Positions 40,077 to 50,660 of a DNA stretch of 64,000 bases are shown piece by piece (positions within the stretch are counted from its first letter, which is position 1; each line of letters begins with the position of its first letter). Where the stretch lies: NCBI GenBank assembly GCA_035267805.1, contig DATFLI010000174.1, positions 110-64,109 on the forward strand, read 5' to 3'. Source of the DNA: Balneolaceae bacterium. GTDB lineage: Bacteria > Bacteroidota > Rhodothermia > Balneolales > Balneolaceae. The position numbers and the translations under genes are program-made. A model generated the notes under the pieces. The model did no database searches. It was not told the origin of the DNA and saw only the letters and a program-made list of their open reading frames with translations.

Positions 40077-40249
40077 ATTGAATAATCCGAGGACGTCTTT
40101 ATGAAAATTTTTAAACTCATGAATCCCATTCTATAAACTCTTAATTGTGCTTAGAAAGCAATCCAGAACTCTTTAATGCTTTTCTATTCCCCATCACCAA
40201 ATGTGCACATAAAATATGAGGATATGATCCATATTTTCTATCGTTGCTC

Positions 40250-41758
40250 TTAGTCAGATACCGTTTCGGCAACTTCCGAAAAGTTCAGGCTTTTATTTGC
40301 CAGCCAACGATTCAAAAAGAGGAACAAAATAATTACCCCTCCCCATTGTAGCAGGAAGTTGCTCAAGGTTGAAAACTCGAATGGACGATACCAATTTTGC
40401 GGATCGTAAACGGTTGATAGCCACCAAATAAGTAGTACCACAGCCTGGATTGGTACAACTTTGCCAATAAGGACGTCCCATGTTTTGCCTGGTTCCCCAT
40501 CACTCACATCCGGCAGGAAACCCAGTCTAAGTTTTTGTGGACCATACTGTATTACGGCAAAGGATACTAGTCCACCGGAAATTAAAAGGCCAACACCCCA
40601 GACAAAATCCTGGTTTGCCAGGAAGTCTGTCCATATTGCAGAAGGTAATCCCAGTAAAAATCCGACGATCCCGACGCTAATCGTTGCCTGGGTCCGTGAA
40701 ATTCCTAAATCAACCAACACTCGACTGGCTAATTCAATCATCGAGATCAATGAACTAAAGGCCGCAAAAGATAATCCAAGAAAAAAGAGTACCGCGAATA
40801 CATTGCCGATGGGCATCTTTGCGAAGAGCTGCGGCATCCAGATAAAAGTTAGCCCCGTACTAGCCGGGCCGCTTGTCTGCATAACTTTTAAAACCTGCCC
40901 TTGGGGCATCTGAGATCCCAACACGGCAAAGACTGTCCCGAAAATAATAATAGCTGACAACAACGATACCAGGTTATTCCCAATGCCGGTAATAAAGGCA
41001 TTCTGGAAAATGCCATGTTTTCGCTGCATATAAGCTCCATAAGTGAGTATAAGCCCCCAACCGGCCCCGGTATCCCAAGCATTTTGCGTTAAGGCGTCAA
41101 TCCAAACGTGCGGTTTAGCCAGTAAACTCCAATCCGGCCTAAATAGAAATTTAATCCCCTCCCACGAACCATTCAGCGTTAAGGTATATCCGACCGCAAA
41201 TAGAATGATTAGGAAGAGAGCGGGAATAAGAAATTTATTGGCTTTTTCAATGGAGGAAACGCCTTTTAGGACAATAGCAACGCCTAAAGACATAGCCAAC
41301 AGGTGAAAGAATACCGGCCATCCCCCCGCCTGAAAGCTATTCCAAATTTGTGTTGCAGCATGGGTCGACAGCGGCAGCGGCTTAAAAAGCATCTGTACGA
41401 AATAGTAAACAGCCCAACCTGCTACGACCGAATAGTAAAACATGATGGCTGTGGCCACCATCCCTACAAAAGCACCCATCCAGGTAAATTTTTTGCCGGC
41501 TATTTTGGCGAAAGTGCCAACAACACCCATACGGCTCTTTTGTCCCAGAGCATATTCTGCAATAATGAGCGGAATACTCCAAATCAGCAGAAAGACCACC
41601 CAGGCGACAAGGAAAGCCCCGGCTCCGCTCGATCCGCTGTTTGTTGCTGCAATACGTGGAAATCGCCAAATATTTCCGGTCCCTACTGCAATACCCAACA
41701 CACTTAATATTAATCCTAAGCGAGTAGAAAACCGAGAACCGTCATCACTTCCAGCCAT
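40250..41758 (-). CDS. NSS/SNF-family sodium-dependent amino acid transporter (LeuT-like)
   Basis: AVGTGNIWRFP signature, GAFLVAW, FYYSVVAGW, GLTFIWMP and AAFSSLISMIE, with multiple TM segments. Confidence 0.92.
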   Translation of the reverse strand: MAGSDDGSRFSTRLGLILSVLGIAVGTGNIWRFPRIAATNSGSSGAGAFLVAWVVFLLIWSIPLIIAEYALGQKSRMGVVGTFAKIAGKKFTWMGAFVGMVATAIMFYYSVVAGWAVYYFVQMLFKPLPLSTHAATQIWNSFQAGGWPVFFHLLAMSLGVAIVLKGVSSIEKANKFLIPALFLIILFAVGYTLTLNGSWEGIKFLFRPDWSLLAKPHVWIDALTQNAWDTGAGWGLILTYGAYMQRKHGIFQNAFITGIGNNLVSLLSAIIIFGTVFAVLGSQMPQGQVLKVMQTSGPASTGLTFIWMPQLFAKMPIGNVFAVLFFLGLSFAAFSSLISMIELASRVLVDLGISRTQATISVGIVGFLLGLPSAIWTDFLANQDFVWGVGLLISGGLVSFAVIQYGPQKLRLGFLPDVSDGEPGKTWDVLIGKVVPIQAVVLLIWWLSTVYDPQNWYRPFEFSTLSNFLLQWGGVIILFLFLNRWLANKSLNFSEVAETVSD

Positions 41759-41926
41759 TAATAATATTTTTTAGCGAGTTAATAATAATTTCAGGCAAAT
41801 TATCACAGACAGATTTGGAGAAATCAAGCATTCGGACACATAAAGAAGAAATGGTATTAGAATTTGATAAAATAATATTAGCTCAACTGTTTTTTCCATC
41901 TCATACGTAATACCAACTTATTCCAA

Positions 41927-44900
41927 TTAGCTGTCCACCACAATATGTGGAATTCCCGTATCTGAAAGCTGTTGATTCAATGCCCTAATATCCTGTTTTA
42001 AAACCTCGTTCAGCGTACCATCGACAGTCTGAAGCTGATTGTCAAGTCTGTCAATCCATCTTTTTTGTGATTCGGTCGGATGTCCGGTATAACTGCTGAT
42101 TTCATGGATCATCCAGGAGATCCTGCTTTGGAGATCTACTGCATGCCCCGAGGAAGATGCCAGACCGGAACGGGGATCAGTCCGAAAATGATTATTAATT
42201 TTGTCCAACCTTTGGATAATTGACCTGCCCGACTGTTTGATATCAGAGTTATCAACTTCTCTATTCAACTCTTTTATTTGGTCCATTACGTTCCGCATTT
42301 GCTGGCGCATATGCCGCATCTTAAACTGATCCTTCATCAGCATTTTCAAGGCTCGATATTGAGCAACCCAGCTATCCCGGGCTGTGGTGACATTGGGATC
42401 CATCCGGACGTGCGCCCTTTGCTCTTTTTCCTGCCCCAGCGCCTCCAGCTGTACAGTATAATCTCCCGGCAAAACCCGGGGACCACGAATATACTGTCCG
42501 TTAGAACTATTATTGGAATTGCTATGCGCAAATAGATTTTCCCTAAGATTCCAAACTACCCTATTGATACCTTTGTGCATACTCCCCTTCAGGCTACGTA
42601 CAATTGCCCCGGTCGAATCTCGTATCGTAATCTTAGCCGATCCTTCAGCATTTTCATCATTTATATAATAAGAGATTATTATCCCATAGGGCTGATTGGT
42701 ACCCAAGAATACTTTATCTCCCAATGAGCTGGGATCGGTTCGTGGTGTATAGCGCGTGCTACGCATCGGTTTGAACAACGCAACTTTTTCATCCCGAACT
42801 GAGGCCAGCTTTTGCAATGGGGTCACATCATCCAGGATAAAAAAGCCGCGTGCATGGGTGGCAATGATCAAGTCATTATCCCTGGGATGAACCACTAAAT
42901 CACGAACGGGCAAGGGCGGCAAGCCCATTCGCATATTTGTCCAGTGCCTGCCTCGATCGAAGGAAACAAAAATCCCCAATTCCGTACCTGCATATAATAA
43001 ATTTTCCTGACGCGGATCTTCCGAAATGATATGTACATACCCCTTCAAACCATCAGATATACGGGTCCATGTTTTTCCATAATCAGTCGTGAAATAACCA
43101 TAAGGAGAAAAATTATCCATCCGGTGTTGGTCAACGGCAACATAGGCTGTTCCCGGCTCATGAAAAGAAGTCTTTATGGTTGCGATCCAGGCGTGATCGG
43201 GAACGTCCGGCATATTTTTCAAAACATTTTGCCAGCTTTTTCCACCATTTTTTGTCACCTGAACGTTGCCATCATCAGTGCCGGCCCAAATGACTGTTGA
43301 ATCAACCGGGCTTGCATCAATGGTAGTAATGGTGCAGTAATATTCCGATCTTGTATTATCCGGCGTAATGGGACCTCCACTGCTTACGAGCTTCTTAGGA
43401 TCATTGGTCGTCAAATCGGGACTAATAACGTTCCAGGAATTACCCTGATTGGAGGATTTAAATACGACATTACCCCCGAAATACAAAGTGTGAGAGTCCT
43501 GTGGAGACAATTCGATCGGTGCATTCCAGTTGAACCGATATTTTTGAGCATGCGCGGGCAGACCGGTAGCCCATAGCGGATAAGGCATGATAAAACGCTC
43601 TTCGCCAGTCTTAAGATTTTTTCGCGTTATATCACCAAAATGAGAATTGTAATATACAATATTGGAATTTTGAGGGTCGGGCACCGCATACATTCCATCG
43701 CCCCAATTACGAAGATGTCGCCAGTCACCGCCACGAACTCCTGTGTGATCCCACTTTGTATTGGGTCCCCACCAAATCTCATGATCCTGAAATCCGCCGG
43801 TCACATGATAGGGATCGTCCATATCCACTCCAACATGATACGCCTGTGCTAAGGGCATCGTGTTGATAAAATCAAAATTTTCAGCCCCGTCATTCGAAAC
43901 GAATAAGCCACCGTCACTGCCCGAGATAAGCCGATCTGGATTTTTCGGATCAATCCACAGGGCATGCACATCACCAAACATTTTTTGATAGCTCACAGAC
44001 CGAAACGAGCGTCCCCCATCATCCGATATATGGATCGCCCCGCTAAGAGTATAAACCCTGTTTTCATTTATCGGATCAACCCGAACCTGAGTGAAATAAA
44101 AAGGGCGAGAATCAATAAAACGGTTATTATTCACCATCCTCCAATTGTAGCCCCGATCGTCAGATCGCCACAACCAACCTTTCTCCTGCGATTCAATAAG
44201 CGCATATACGACATTGGGATGACTTTTACTTATCCCGATTCCAATTCTGCCTATCAAGCTATCTCCGGGCAGTCCATTATTTTTATCAGGAGTCGTCAAT
44301 TTTTGCCACGAATCACCGCCATCGACCGACCGGTAGAGGCCACTGCCCGGTCCGCCACTGCGAAAATTCCAGGGTTTACGCATATAATCATACATCCCGG
44401 CATAAATAATATTTGGATTACCCGGATCGATAACGATATCACTAGCGCCGGTGGTGTTATTTGCATACAGAATTTTCTTCCAGGTCTTGCCTCCATCGAC
44501 CGACCGAAAAACACCCCGTTGCTCATTCGGCCCCCATTCGTGCCCCATAGCAGCTGCATAAACAATATTTGATTTCTGGGGATTTATAACTATATCTGAA
44601 AAACGTTCGGCATTTTTTAACCCTACATTTTCCCAGGTTTTTCCGCCATCAGTCGTTTTATAAACACCATCGCCAAAAGAAGCACTATTCCGCGGGTTTC
44701 CTTCCCCTGTTCCTATATAAACTACATTTTTGTTTGCGGGGGATATGGCTATTGCTCCTATCGAAAGCGTATTCCCCTTATTAAAAACCGACTTGAACGT
44801 CACGCCTCCATTAGTAGATTTAAACAAGCCTGCCGTAGAATGTCCCATATAAATTATATCGGGATTTCCGGGCACTCCGGCTACATCCGCCACCCGGCCG

Positions 44901-45043
44901 CCGAATTGCGCCGGACCAATAGAACGCCAACTGAGTCCTTTTAATAGATTGGCATCCATTTTTGATTGTGCATGGCCACTAAAAGACACAATGAATATTA
45001 AAATTCCCGATAAAACTAATTTATAATATTTGTTTTGTATCAT
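41927..45043 (-). CDS. VPS10/sortilin-like BNR repeat beta-propeller protein, secreted (paralog of 36676-39906)
   Basis: 1038 aa; WRSIGPAQFGGRV, repeated Asp boxes, YRFNWNAPI, ISPDLT and ATHARG. Confidence 0.88.
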   Translation of the reverse strand: MIQNKYYKLVLSGILIFIVSFSGHAQSKMDANLLKGLSWRSIGPAQFGGRVADVAGVPGNPDIIYMGHSTAGLFKSTNGGVTFKSVFNKGNTLSIGAIAISPANKNVVYIGTGEGNPRNSASFGDGVYKTTDGGKTWENVGLKNAERFSDIVINPQKSNIVYAAAMGHEWGPNEQRGVFRSVDGGKTWKKILYANNTTGASDIVIDPGNPNIIYAGMYDYMRKPWNFRSGGPGSGLYRSVDGGDSWQKLTTPDKNNGLPGDSLIGRIGIGISKSHPNVVYALIESQEKGWLWRSDDRGYNWRMVNNNRFIDSRPFYFTQVRVDPINENRVYTLSGAIHISDDGGRSFRSVSYQKMFGDVHALWIDPKNPDRLISGSDGGLFVSNDGAENFDFINTMPLAQAYHVGVDMDDPYHVTGGFQDHEIWWGPNTKWDHTGVRGGDWRHLRNWGDGMYAVPDPQNSNIVYYNSHFGDITRKNLKTGEERFIMPYPLWATGLPAHAQKYRFNWNAPIELSPQDSHTLYFGGNVVFKSSNQGNSWNVISPDLTTNDPKKLVSSGGPITPDNTRSEYYCTITTIDASPVDSTVIWAGTDDGNVQVTKNGGKSWQNVLKNMPDVPDHAWIATIKTSFHEPGTAYVAVDQHRMDNFSPYGYFTTDYGKTWTRISDGLKGYVHIISEDPRQENLLYAGTELGIFVSFDRGRHWTNMRMGLPPLPVRDLVVHPRDNDLIIATHARGFFILDDVTPLQKLASVRDEKVALFKPMRSTRYTPRTDPSSLGDKVFLGTNQPYGIIISYYINDENAEGSAKITIRDSTGAIVRSLKGSMHKGINRVVWNLRENLFAHSNSNNSSNGQYIRGPRVLPGDYTVQLEALGQEKEQRAHVRMDPNVTTARDSWVAQYRALKMLMKDQFKMRHMRQQMRNVMDQIKELNREVDNSDIKQSGRSIIQRLDKINNHFRTDPRSGLASSSGHAVDLQSRISWMIHEISSYTGHPTESQKRWIDRLDNQLQTVDGTLNEVLKQDIRALNQQLSDTGIPHIVVDS

Positions 45044-45258
45044 CCTGTTAAAGCTAATAATTAGAGATAATCCATATAATAATGCGAGCTTTCTTAAATC
45101 ACCATTTAGCCTACACCCCGATAAAAAAATTATTACTTGCCCAACGAAGACAGATGCAGAGTTATACTTGTTAAATTATTTATATGGGAAAAGCGAACTT
45201 ATATACCATTATTTTACTTGATATCAATACTGAGTTAACATAAACAATAGGCGACAAA

Positions 45259-48200
45259 TCAGTTGGCTTTTGATCCGGGATAGGGAATCGAGTACTCTTT
45301 CTTATTTTCGATAACATCTACCACGCTGCGTTGACCATCAGACCATATTACCTCAATTTTTGCAGGCCATTCCGAGTATCCCATCACCTGTACGGGGCTA
45401 TCCTGGGACCAATATCCTGATCCAGCCTGGACTTCTCGTCGGGGGCCTTTGGTTCCATCCTTATACACCAACCGAATACTAGAATCAATGCCGGCTTTAT
45501 TCTCTCTCGGGCCTTTTAATTGTACACGTATCCCCGATTTTGGTGTCCGGTTTTCATAAAGTCTTACATTGCCATCGTTCTGCGTTACAGCTATATCAAC
45601 TTTCCCATCCTCGTTAAAATCTGCAAGAGCCGATCCACGCTGTTCTCCATAAATCTTTACACCGCTATCCTGTCCCGGTACGACCCTGAAATTACCCTTG
45701 CCATCCCCTTTTAGCCATATCCCACGTCCGCTATCCATTCGTGGAAATCGCGGCCGCATCTGGAAAAAATTTTGGCTCAAAAATAGGTCTTCATTTCCAT
45801 CGTTATCAAAATCCCCGACATTGGCACTGAAGGCCATAGAAAATTGAGCAAAATCGGGTAGTTGATGAGCAACAAATCCACCTTTTTTGTTGATAAAGAT
45901 CACACTCGATAAGGTATTGAGCTCTTTTGAAGCTAATTGATCATCCGGATTATATCCCAAAAGTTTGCCTAAATAGGCATTTGAAAATTCTTTGTGGTCA
46001 CGAATATTCCTATACATTACTGAAGGTACCGAATGATATTCGGGAAGAGGTCGGATAGGGACGTATTTACCAATAGTCGTATCGTATCGGGACTCAATGA
46101 TATCGACCTTGTGGTCAAGATTAAAATCCTGATAATACATCTTTAAAGGCTTTCCAATATCCAGTTGGTAGGGAGTATTTAAGCCAATATTCGTAGCTAC
46201 GATATCCGGACGGCCATCGTTATTAAAGTCTCCCGTTGCTATCCCATTCCACCAGCCTTTATAGGTATTTAACCCTTCTTTGGAGCTGACGTTCTTAAAT
46301 TTTCCGTTGTCATTTTCAAGCAAGACAATCGAGCCCCATTCCCTACTCAAAATAAGATCTTCATCCCCATCGCTATCATAATCCGAAAAGACAGCACCCG
46401 TGACGAGACCAATTTTGCGTAATATCTTAGAGTTTTGGTTATCCAGTTGATAGTTATCATTTACATTTTTAAATAATCTTGAGATAGCGTTCATCGGGTA
46501 ATGCGCAGGAACAAACCGTCCGCCTACAAAAAGATCCAGATCTCCATCTCCATCATAATCCGACATAGCCATTGGCCCCGTCGATGAAGATATACCGGGG
46601 ATATTGCCCGTATCTGCAAAATGGCTTTGGGTTATTTTAAATTGGGAAACCGCCGGTGGCTTTCGTTTTTTTTGTCCATAATTGGACTCACCAACCAAAA
46701 ATTTTACCCCGTTTAAACCAATGAAACCCAGAATTGTAGTTTGGTCACCCGGTATATGGGTTAATCTTTCAGGTAGCGGTATCTCCCGGAAACTGCCGTT
46801 ATTCAAATTCTCAAAGGCCCCCAAATTCCCATTTTTTCCCGATCCTATAAACAGATCCTCGTCCCCATCCCTATCATAATCAAACCAAGAGATTCCTGGG
46901 CCCAATCTACTGAGTTTATAAGGTAATAGCGGCTGTACGTTATAATCTGAATAAGCATCCTCGTGATGACGGTAATCGATTTTATCGGAGACATCTTTGA
47001 AGATAGCTTTAACCGGTTTCTCCCTGTTATCGGCAACCTTCTTTGGGATTACAACTTCGTTTATTTTATAAAAATGATTGGCTTTAACGCTGTCGATCAG
47101 ACTCTGTTTTCCATCCGGCCAGGTAATCTTGATCGTATGATTGGAATTTTTATTAGCTGCAAAAACGGCAATTGCTTCTGACCCGGAAAGGTATCCACCT
47201 CCTGCAGTAATTTCCCTTTTCTGTGGTGCCGGACCTCCCGGACCACCCTTCAACTCGATCTTAGCTCCAATTGCCTGCGTATTAGGCCCTTTTGCGGATA
47301 GTTGCACCATAATTCTGGAAGAGGCTGCCTTATTCTCATAGATCAATGCCTTTTGATTCATTCTGTTAATGGCAAGATCCAAATCACCGTCATGGTCCAA
47401 GTCAGCCGTTGCCAACCCCTGGGAAATGTTTTTTTCCTTTAGCCCCCACTGCGAACCCTGCTCGGTAAACGTAAGGTCATGATTATTCCGGTACACTTCA
47501 TTTCTAAGTCGCAGAGGGGGATACGGATCCAAATTCTTTTTCCCGGCTAATATGGGTTGAGTTTTGTTGCCACTCATAAACAGTCGATGAATAGCATCCA
47601 TATCCTGCACATCGAAGGTGAATCCCGTATTTATAAAAACATCTTGGTAGCCATCCAGATCTACATCCATAAAACGGGTGCCCCAAGACCAGCCCGAAGC
47701 TGCAAGACCGCTAAAATAGGAAATTTCGGCAAACGTATTATCTCCTCGGTTCAAGTACAGCGAATTACGATTATATTGAGGTTGGTAACTGCTCTGATCT
47801 ACTTTAGAGGGGTATGGATCATCGGGCGTAAATTGGCGAAGTCGCTTGTTGTGGAACCGGCTCAACATTTCGGTCACTAAAATATCCTCATGACCATCCC
47901 GGTTAATATCAGAAAAATCGCCGCTCATCGAGGAGAAGCTATAGCTGCGAATTCTCGAAGGACCAATAGCTTTAAATTTTCCCTTACCCTGGTTGATCCA
48001 AAGTCGATCTGGCGTCCAGAAATCATTGCAAACATATAGGTCCGGAAGTCCGTCGCCATTTACGTCATGGAACTTTGCCGTTAATCCCCAATCGGGATAA
48101 AAACCTTCAGGATTGCCTTGTGAATCCAGAAATCTTTGCGTGATATTTTGAGCTTTTATAAAGGTCCCATTCCCTTTATTCAGAAAAAGCTCGTCCCTTT

Positions 48201-48963
48201 CTCCCAATTCCCGTTTCATAGGGCCGCTTCCGGATTGGGTAATGATATAATGCTTGTCGAAAGGGGGGCGTACAACGAGTGAATCACCTACTTTTTTTGC
48301 TATATTCTTTAACCTAAGCTGGTCCTGATTAAAAATTTTATTTGCAGCTTTTTCTTTGTAACGAGCAATATAGAGATCCAAATCCCGGTCTCCGTCAATA
48401 TCGGCCAGCGTCATGGAGGTACTGCCCTTAGCCGAATCAAGTCCACTATTTTTACTCGATGTAAAATGGCCTTTACCATCATTCAGATATAATACATTCT
48501 TTTTATGTACAGATGAAACCAGCAGATCCAAATCCCGATCGCCATCGACATCAGCAAAAGTGGCGCCTGTCGAATAAAATCCCTGATGAGCGACTCCAGA
48601 CGACTTTGTAATGTCTTCGAACTTCCATCCTCCCAAATTTTGGTATAAATGGTTCGGTCCATCTAGCTGAGTAAAATAAAGATCCGTCCAACCATCGCCG
48701 TCCACATCACCCGCTGCTACTCCGGAGCCATTCAGATAATAAAAATTGGTTTTCATATCCGTTTTCGACAGGTGATTCACAAATTTTATCCCAGATTTAG
48801 ATGGCGTAATTTTATGAAACCCCACGGTTTGGCCACTGTTTACACTCAACTGAGCCCACTGGTATCCCTTTTCTTTATGCCATTTTAATTCTTTTTTTGA
48901 AGAACAACCTGCTACAAGAAACACGAAAAGAATGAACTCAAAAAAAGATATTACGTATTTCAT
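45259..48963 (-). CDS. FG-GAP/VCBS repeat lipoprotein with two ASPIC/UnbV domains (CRTAC1-like)
   Basis: Lipobox VAG-C; many DxDGDGxxDL repeats; two ASPIC-like segments (AIGAKIEL...GGGYLS...ITWPDG and AGSGYWSQ...IWSDG). Confidence 0.88.
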   Translation of the reverse strand: MKYVISFFEFILFVFLVAGCSSKKELKWHKEKGYQWAQLSVNSGQTVGFHKITPSKSGIKFVNHLSKTDMKTNFYYLNGSGVAAGDVDGDGWTDLYFTQLDGPNHLYQNLGGWKFEDITKSSGVAHQGFYSTGATFADVDGDRDLDLLVSSVHKKNVLYLNDGKGHFTSSKNSGLDSAKGSTSMTLADIDGDRDLDLYIARYKEKAANKIFNQDQLRLKNIAKKVGDSLVVRPPFDKHYIITQSGSGPMKRELGERDELFLNKGNGTFIKAQNITQRFLDSQGNPEGFYPDWGLTAKFHDVNGDGLPDLYVCNDFWTPDRLWINQGKGKFKAIGPSRIRSYSFSSMSGDFSDINRDGHEDILVTEMLSRFHNKRLRQFTPDDPYPSKVDQSSYQPQYNRNSLYLNRGDNTFAEISYFSGLAASGWSWGTRFMDVDLDGYQDVFINTGFTFDVQDMDAIHRLFMSGNKTQPILAGKKNLDPYPPLRLRNEVYRNNHDLTFTEQGSQWGLKEKNISQGLATADLDHDGDLDLAINRMNQKALIYENKAASSRIMVQLSAKGPNTQAIGAKIELKGGPGGPAPQKREITAGGGYLSGSEAIAVFAANKNSNHTIKITWPDGKQSLIDSVKANHFYKINEVVIPKKVADNREKPVKAIFKDVSDKIDYRHHEDAYSDYNVQPLLPYKLSRLGPGISWFDYDRDGDEDLFIGSGKNGNLGAFENLNNGSFREIPLPERLTHIPGDQTTILGFIGLNGVKFLVGESNYGQKKRKPPAVSQFKITQSHFADTGNIPGISSSTGPMAMSDYDGDGDLDLFVGGRFVPAHYPMNAISRLFKNVNDNYQLDNQNSKILRKIGLVTGAVFSDYDSDGDEDLILSREWGSIVLLENDNGKFKNVSSKEGLNTYKGWWNGIATGDFNNDGRPDIVATNIGLNTPYQLDIGKPLKMYYQDFNLDHKVDIIESRYDTTIGKYVPIRPLPEYHSVPSVMYRNIRDHKEFSNAYLGKLLGYNPDDQLASKELNTLSSVIFINKKGGFVAHQLPDFAQFSMAFSANVGDFDNDGNEDLFLSQNFFQMRPRFPRMDSGRGIWLKGDGKGNFRVVPGQDSGVKIYGEQRGSALADFNEDGKVDIAVTQNDGNVRLYENRTPKSGIRVQLKGPRENKAGIDSSIRLVYKDGTKGPRREVQAGSGYWSQDSPVQVMGYSEWPAKIEVIWSDGQRSVVDVIENKKEYSIPYPGSKAN

Positions 48964-49048
48964 TAAGTCGAGTTATTAATCATTCACTAATTGCAATAAA
49001 TAACTTGAAAAACTACATCTACTAATCACAGATAGTCATTTTTTAATT

Positions 49049-49079
49049 AAAAAAGCAAGGAGGAGAATATCCTCCTTGC
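49049..49079 (-). terminator. Intrinsic terminator after susD
   Basis: Perfect 10-bp stem GCAAGGAGGA / TCCTCCTTGC with a 5-nt loop, and A6 at 49049-49054 giving a U-tract on the minus strand. A second hairpin ACTCGTGA/TCACGAGT lies at 49094-49124. Confidence 0.8.
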
Positions 49080-49143
49080 CTTCAAGAAGCTTAACTCGTG
49101 AATGTTCAAACCACTCTCACGAGTGTTATGATACTACCACTGC

Positions 49144-50604
49144 TCATCGGGTATCCCACCAAACGGTCTTCAGCATAACGTCTGCATTCATTGGCAATCC
49201 AAGTTTTTTCACCTGATCCGAGTTATTAGACAACTCCGAGCCCGGCCATGGATACCTGCGAGGTATGGAATTAAAATTAGGCTCTACATTATTCGGATTT
49301 TTCGACGGTGATAGCGTTGGATACCCCGTCTTACGCCAATCATTCCATGCTTCGGGATGCAGGAAATTGGCTATGTATTTCTGCGTGATGATATCCCGTA
49401 ACGGATTACTGCTGGAAGCCAGATTTGTTCTGTTGCTAATATAAGTTGTGATCTTAGAATCTGCTACACCCAATTCCTCCATATCGGCACGAATACCCTC
49501 GCGATAAGGTTGATCAGCTGCAGATGGTCCTTGCGTTATAAGCTTGGCTTGGGCTTCTAAAAATTTGGCCTCTGCATAATCCATCAATCGCCCCGGAGCT
49601 GCAGGTCCTGCAAAAGCAGTTCCGATGGATGAAACGCTGTCGATGGCCGTCCCCGGTGCTCCATTTTCGTGGCCCACATATGGCTGGCCGGCCGGATGTT
49701 TGGCAGCTTCCTGAACTTGTATCGGAAGCCTTGGATCATTTAACGATTGGAGCATATTGATATAATGGGCAGACATCTGTAGTTGTTCAGAACCTTGCAA
49801 GGTACGATACCAGGGGTTTCTTGAACCACTCTGATCCATATACGGAAATTTTGCATTATCATCATTGCTCTGGAAGCCTTTTGAAAGAGCATCGAGCGCA
49901 GCCTGGGCCCGCTGCTGTTTCTTATTATCGGGAGCCTCAGTCAACCGCATCAATAACCGCGCCTTTAGCGTATATGCGAGACGGCGCCATTTTTCCATAT
50001 CTCCATTGTAGATCAAATCATTGGCCCCCAAAGTCCGAGTTCCCCCCTTTTCAAGAGCCGCGATGGCTTCATCAAGCTTACTCATAAGCTTTGGATAAAT
50101 ATCCTTTTGTGAATCGTAAGCTGGAGTGGTAACACTTGGATCAAATGCCTCGGAATAAGGAATATCCCCGTATAGATCGGTCATCATCGACATGGTCCAG
50201 ACAAACATTAATTTGGCCATTCCCTCGTAGTTAGAATACCCCTGTTTCTCAGCATTCATATAAGCATGACGAGCATTCTTTGCCAGAGTCGTGTAACCTT
50301 CATCCCAAACCGAACTAAATCCGAACCACGGCTGCCCCAACTGATACCAGTCAATATCGTAATAATAGGGAGAACCATTTTCGGATATTTGCTTGGTAAA
50401 ATCAGCACTTACAATTCCCGGCCAGCTGTCATTCATCTCGAAAGAAAATCCAGCTATTAGCGGTGGTAACTGCATCCTGACCGGTGCTTGTTCCGGGCTG
50501 TTTGGATTATGATTAACATCCAGGTAATTATCACAACCGCTAAAAAACACCAACAGTACAACAATAAGCCCTCTGATAAGATATGTTCTTAATGATTCTT
50601 TCAT
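49144..50604 (-). CDS. susD: SusD-like (SusD-like_2 type) lipoprotein
   Basis: Lipobox FSG-C; NHNPNSP, TDLYGDIPYSEA, DLIYNGD..KW, IITQKYIA, EAWNDWRKTGYP and VWWD. Confidence 0.93.
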   Translation of the reverse strand: MKESLRTYLIRGLIVVLLVFFSGCDNYLDVNHNPNSPEQAPVRMQLPPLIAGFSFEMNDSWPGIVSADFTKQISENGSPYYYDIDWYQLGQPWFGFSSVWDEGYTTLAKNARHAYMNAEKQGYSNYEGMAKLMFVWTMSMMTDLYGDIPYSEAFDPSVTTPAYDSQKDIYPKLMSKLDEAIAALEKGGTRTLGANDLIYNGDMEKWRRLAYTLKARLLMRLTEAPDNKKQQRAQAALDALSKGFQSNDDNAKFPYMDQSGSRNPWYRTLQGSEQLQMSAHYINMLQSLNDPRLPIQVQEAAKHPAGQPYVGHENGAPGTAIDSVSSIGTAFAGPAAPGRLMDYAEAKFLEAQAKLITQGPSAADQPYREGIRADMEELGVADSKITTYISNRTNLASSSNPLRDIITQKYIANFLHPEAWNDWRKTGYPTLSPSKNPNNVEPNFNSIPRRYPWPGSELSNNSDQVKKLGLPMNADVMLKTVWWDTR

Positions 50605-50660
50605 AATAATCCTCTGAGTAATTTTTTTGTTCTAAGATATTCTATCATCCAAAAGTTCAA

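Noticed and set aside
41853-41879. GGTATT...AATATT at 21-bp spacing upstream of the NSS transporter, as a third AraC site
   Set aside because: Only the AT-rich cores partly match; the CAGA and ATGAAA positions of the 35-bp motif are absent.
36676-45043. Annotation of the BNR-repeat proteins as GH74 xyloglucanase or sialidase
   Set aside because: Asp boxes are structural; I could not identify family-specific catalytic motifs.
45030-45221. 63-aa plus-strand intergenic ORF
   Set aside because: No motif, antisense to the operon, and overlapping the neighbouring start region.
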